From Felis catus (taxonomy: Eukaryota): 64,000 bases of DNA. The translations under genes were made by a program, and so were the position numbers. The stretch lies in NCBI RefSeq assembly GCF_018350175.1, contig NC_058368.1, positions 212,786,001 through 212,850,000 of the forward strand. Reading direction: 5' to 3'. Position 1 is the stretch's first letter. Every line of letters starts with the position of its first letter. The notes beneath the pieces were generated by a model, which saw nothing but the letters and a program-made list of their open reading frames with translations, was not told the origin of the DNA and made no database searches. Below, piece after piece: positions 63,701 to 64,000 of the stretch.

Positions 63701-64000
63701 TAACCAGACTTCTCAAAAAGAAAAGAGAGAGGACCCAAGCAGATAAAATCATGAATGAAAATGGAATTATTACAACCAATCCCTCAGAAATACAAGCAAT
63801 TATCAGGGAATACTATGAAAAAATTATATGCCAACAAACTGGACAACCTGGAAGAAATGGACAAATGCCTAAGCACCCACACACTTTCAAAAACTCAAAT
63901 AGGAAGAAATAGAAAACTTGAACAGACCCATAACCAGCGAAGAAATTGAATCAGTTATCAAAAATCTCCCAACAAATAAGAGTTCAGGACCTGATGGCTT
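60712..64000 (+). mobile_element. Younger felid LINE-1, 5' half (5' UTR, ORF1 ~61612-62506, ORF2 from 62573), disrupted, runs off the window
   Basis: GGGAAGATGGC start, GC-rich UTR, ORF1 coiled coil, EN motifs (TLNVNGLN, CLQETH, AGDFNTPL, SDHN) with stops and frameshifts. Confidence 0.95.

Noticed and set aside
60712..64000. Potentially active young L1
   Set aside because: ORF1 has in-frame stops (e.g. ~61771) and ORF2 is frameshifted.
1..64000. CRISPR arrays, tRNA/rRNA genes or prokaryote-type systems
   Set aside because: Mammalian DNA; tRNA-like heads are Can-SINEs, and repeated words are TSDs or microsatellites.

Overview
Mammalian genomic DNA from a feliform carnivore, probably a felid (many SINEC_Fc-type Can-SINEs and cat-type L1 ends). 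More than half of the window is interspersed repeat: several near-full-length or rearranged LINE-1s, about 25 Can-SINEs, L2/MIR, MaLR and ERVL LTRs, one ERVK-like solo LTR and hAT DNA-transposon relics. There is no intact cellular gene, and most of the longer ORFs in the supplied track are L1/SINE fragments or their antisense frames. Reading the non-repetitive sequence by hand on the minus strand reveals about 25 AG...GT-bounded segments from ~49.8 kb to ~1.2 kb. Their splice phases often chain correctly, and their frames rejoin when inserted transposons are removed. I interpret this as the fossil of a large multi-exon protein-coding gene (candidate ancient unitary pseudogene) that I could not name. 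Exon calls and repeat subfamily names are by eye and need alignment to confirm.
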